From positions 367,598 to 431,597 of the forward strand of contig QPGO01000028.1 of the NCBI GenBank assembly GCA_008632985.1: DNA of 64,000 bases, written 5' to 3'. A program made the position numbers and the translations under genes. The notes beneath the pieces were generated by a model, which made no database searches, was not told the DNA's origin, and worked only from the letters and a program-made list of their open reading frames with translations. This document shows positions 62,054-64,000 of the stretch, one piece after another. The stretch comes from Psammoneis japonica. Its lineage: Eukaryota. Positions within the stretch are counted from its first letter, which is position 1. Each line of letters starts with the position of its first letter.

Positions 62054-64000
62054 TTGCATCGTGGCGTGGTGCGAAAGGAGCGCAACTTGGCTTGGTTGGC
62101 CATGCGGAACAGCTTCTTCTGATGAAGTGCCATCTTGCAAAAACATCTCCATCCTTCGGTTTCTAGAAGGCCGTGCTCACATGCGCAGATGGCGCAGGTG
62201 ACGGGATCATCCTTGGCAATGATGGCAAGGGGTTTGGACGTGATCTCCCCATTCTCCCATTCAAGCATGACATTGTAGCTTGAGCCTTTCCAAGAGGGAT
62301 CATGGGGTCGCAATGGTCCTTCATGAGATGCGATGCATCGGAACTTCCTGAGAGTTGAGTCCTCGTCTTCTTGCTCAATGTGGTGCATGATGTCATTGCA
62401 GGCCAGGACTTCCTCGTGTTCATCATTGTTGACGGAGCAAATGAACTTGACCAGTTCAGGATTGCCTCCGATTTTCCAGTCGTGGTCCTCAACGGCTTTG
62501 ACGATGCGGGCTCTGTGGCATTGTCCATCCTCTTGTGGCTTCATGAGGAAGGTGCGTCCCACGACATCCTCAGGGTCAAAGACCAGCATTTTGGGCATCC
62601 TGATCGCCTCCCCATCTGGCGAATCTGGCGAATTCTTGGAGTTGTGGTGGGATTTAATGACAGGGTCAGCAGATTCCTCATCAGGAGGATCAAGACGCAG
62701 GTTTGGAGCAGACGGATCACGGGTGGAGTGCACATTGGAATGGCAGAGAATCTTCTGAGTGTCATCAGAAAGAATCTTAAATGTCATTTGGTGACCAATG
62801 TGTTCGGCGATGCCAATGAAGCGACCACATAATTCACGGGATTCGGACGGCCAGTCAGAATCATCCAGGTGGCAGTGCACGGGTTCCCACCATTGAAAGT
62901 GGAGGAGCGGGCTGATGTCGGGAGCAGAGCCGGACAGCACCTCGGTGGGGGTGCGCCAGTGGAGCTTGGCGGACGCCGTGTGGTTGAGCACAAAACACAC
63001 GCACATCAGGGCAAGCAGCCAGGTGCAAGCCGGGGACCCGAAGCAATCCATGATGGTGTTGGCCGTGGTCTTCACAGGTTGGTGGTGGCGTTCAGCAAAA
63101 TTCTGGTGCTGGTGATGGGGCTCGCTTTGCCAACTAGAGATGAAGAGGGTGCAAAGGATGCCAAGAACCTTGTTGCTGATCTCAACCTGAGCATGGTCGC
63201 TGATGAGCTTGGACGGGGCACCACGGTCACGAATGTTGTCTTCGAGGGTGTTGACAAATTCTTTGTCAGTTTTGGTGCCACACACGTCAGCGACGAGAGA
63301 TTCCGTGCCAACAAAGAGCTGGGCGCTGGTGCAGCCAGAGTCAATGGCAGGGGTGTTGGAGCAGACCGTCTTGGTGGCAACGGGTTCATTACGTCAGTGG
63401 ACATTGAGAGCTGGGTTGGGCGATTTGTGCGGCCTTTTTCAGGTGCGTGCTGGCTGGCATGCGGGCGCACTGCGTCGTGCAATCGAAAGTGCGGCGGACA
63501 GTGTCCTTTGGGAGAAAGCCAAAGCAGGGGCAGAGGGACTCAAAGTCGGGATCCTTGGGATTGAGTTCGCGCTCATGGCATTCATAGAAGAAATCAGACG
63601 TCGGGAGCAGATGATCATCAAGGACGGAGTCGGCAAGCATGGCATTGTTGACGACATGGCGGTGACGACAGTTGCCGAACTCATCGAAGAGGTTGGCAGT
63701 CGGGTCATCTTGGAGGTCAGACACGGCATCATGCCACGTCTCATCTTCCGTGAACTGGTGGTCAAGGACAGATGGATCCCATGTGTCATCACCAGTGAGA
63801 ATGACATGCGGCAGAGTGTCCCATTCGGCGTCGGTGTGTGGGCGCATGGCGATGTGCGGGAGGCCGGCTTTAATGTCAATGGGAATGATGCATCCATCAA
63901 TGGTGGTGATGTGCTGCAGACCATTGGGGACCTTGATGGACCGATCATTGACATCGTGTTTGCACCACTCGAGTTGGCCGCAAGAGTGTGTCGTCTTCCC
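62054..64000 (-). mobile_element. Copia element 2, 5' part: integrase and chromodomain-like linker (runs off the window)
   Basis: LEDNIRDRGAP.KLISD.AQ.E and SEP...HQNFAE. The reading frame ...RTTPRCK continues as CGCEVPRDY at 54031 once the LINE is removed. Confidence 0.9.

Noticed and set aside
1..64000. Alternative genetic code or stop-codon reassignment
   Set aside because: Intact genes (DRG1, ArfGAP, flavodoxin-like) use Tyr and standard stops normally; the bias is confined to repeat blocks.
1..64000. Classical RIP or CpG deamination as the sole cause of the TG/CA excess
   Set aside because: RIP raises TpA, and CpG decay cannot turn Tyr codons into Cys/His; CG is retained in several TA-free elements.

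Overview
Eukaryotic, probably diatom (stramenopile) genomic DNA. The organism call is an inference from short GT-AG introns, an HA-domain gene and CoDi-like Copia, Ambal-like LINE and Ngaro-like elements. Three gene islands hold intact genes: ~11.6-15.9 kb (GT92-like glycosyltransferase, ArfGAP, DRG1), ~31.6-34.3 kb (tail-anchored flavodoxin-like protein, DxD-type membrane protein) and ~43.9-48 kb (HA-domain protein). Between them lie nests of dead transposons: two Gypsy, two Copia, an APE-RT-RNaseH LINE, a split-direct-repeat tyrosine-recombinase retroelement and MITEs. The most striking signal is mutational. The repeat blocks are almost devoid of TpA because TA has been converted to TG or CA on both strands (A:T->G:C, the opposite direction to fungal RIP). 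This turns conserved Tyr into Cys/His, including RT YxDD motifs and the probable recombinase nucleophile. Paired repeats indicate it acts in situ after insertion, fades toward gene-proximal edges and spreads into neighbouring gene copies. It is a candidate repeat-targeted genome-defence process. All family assignments are by eye; no searches or counts were run.
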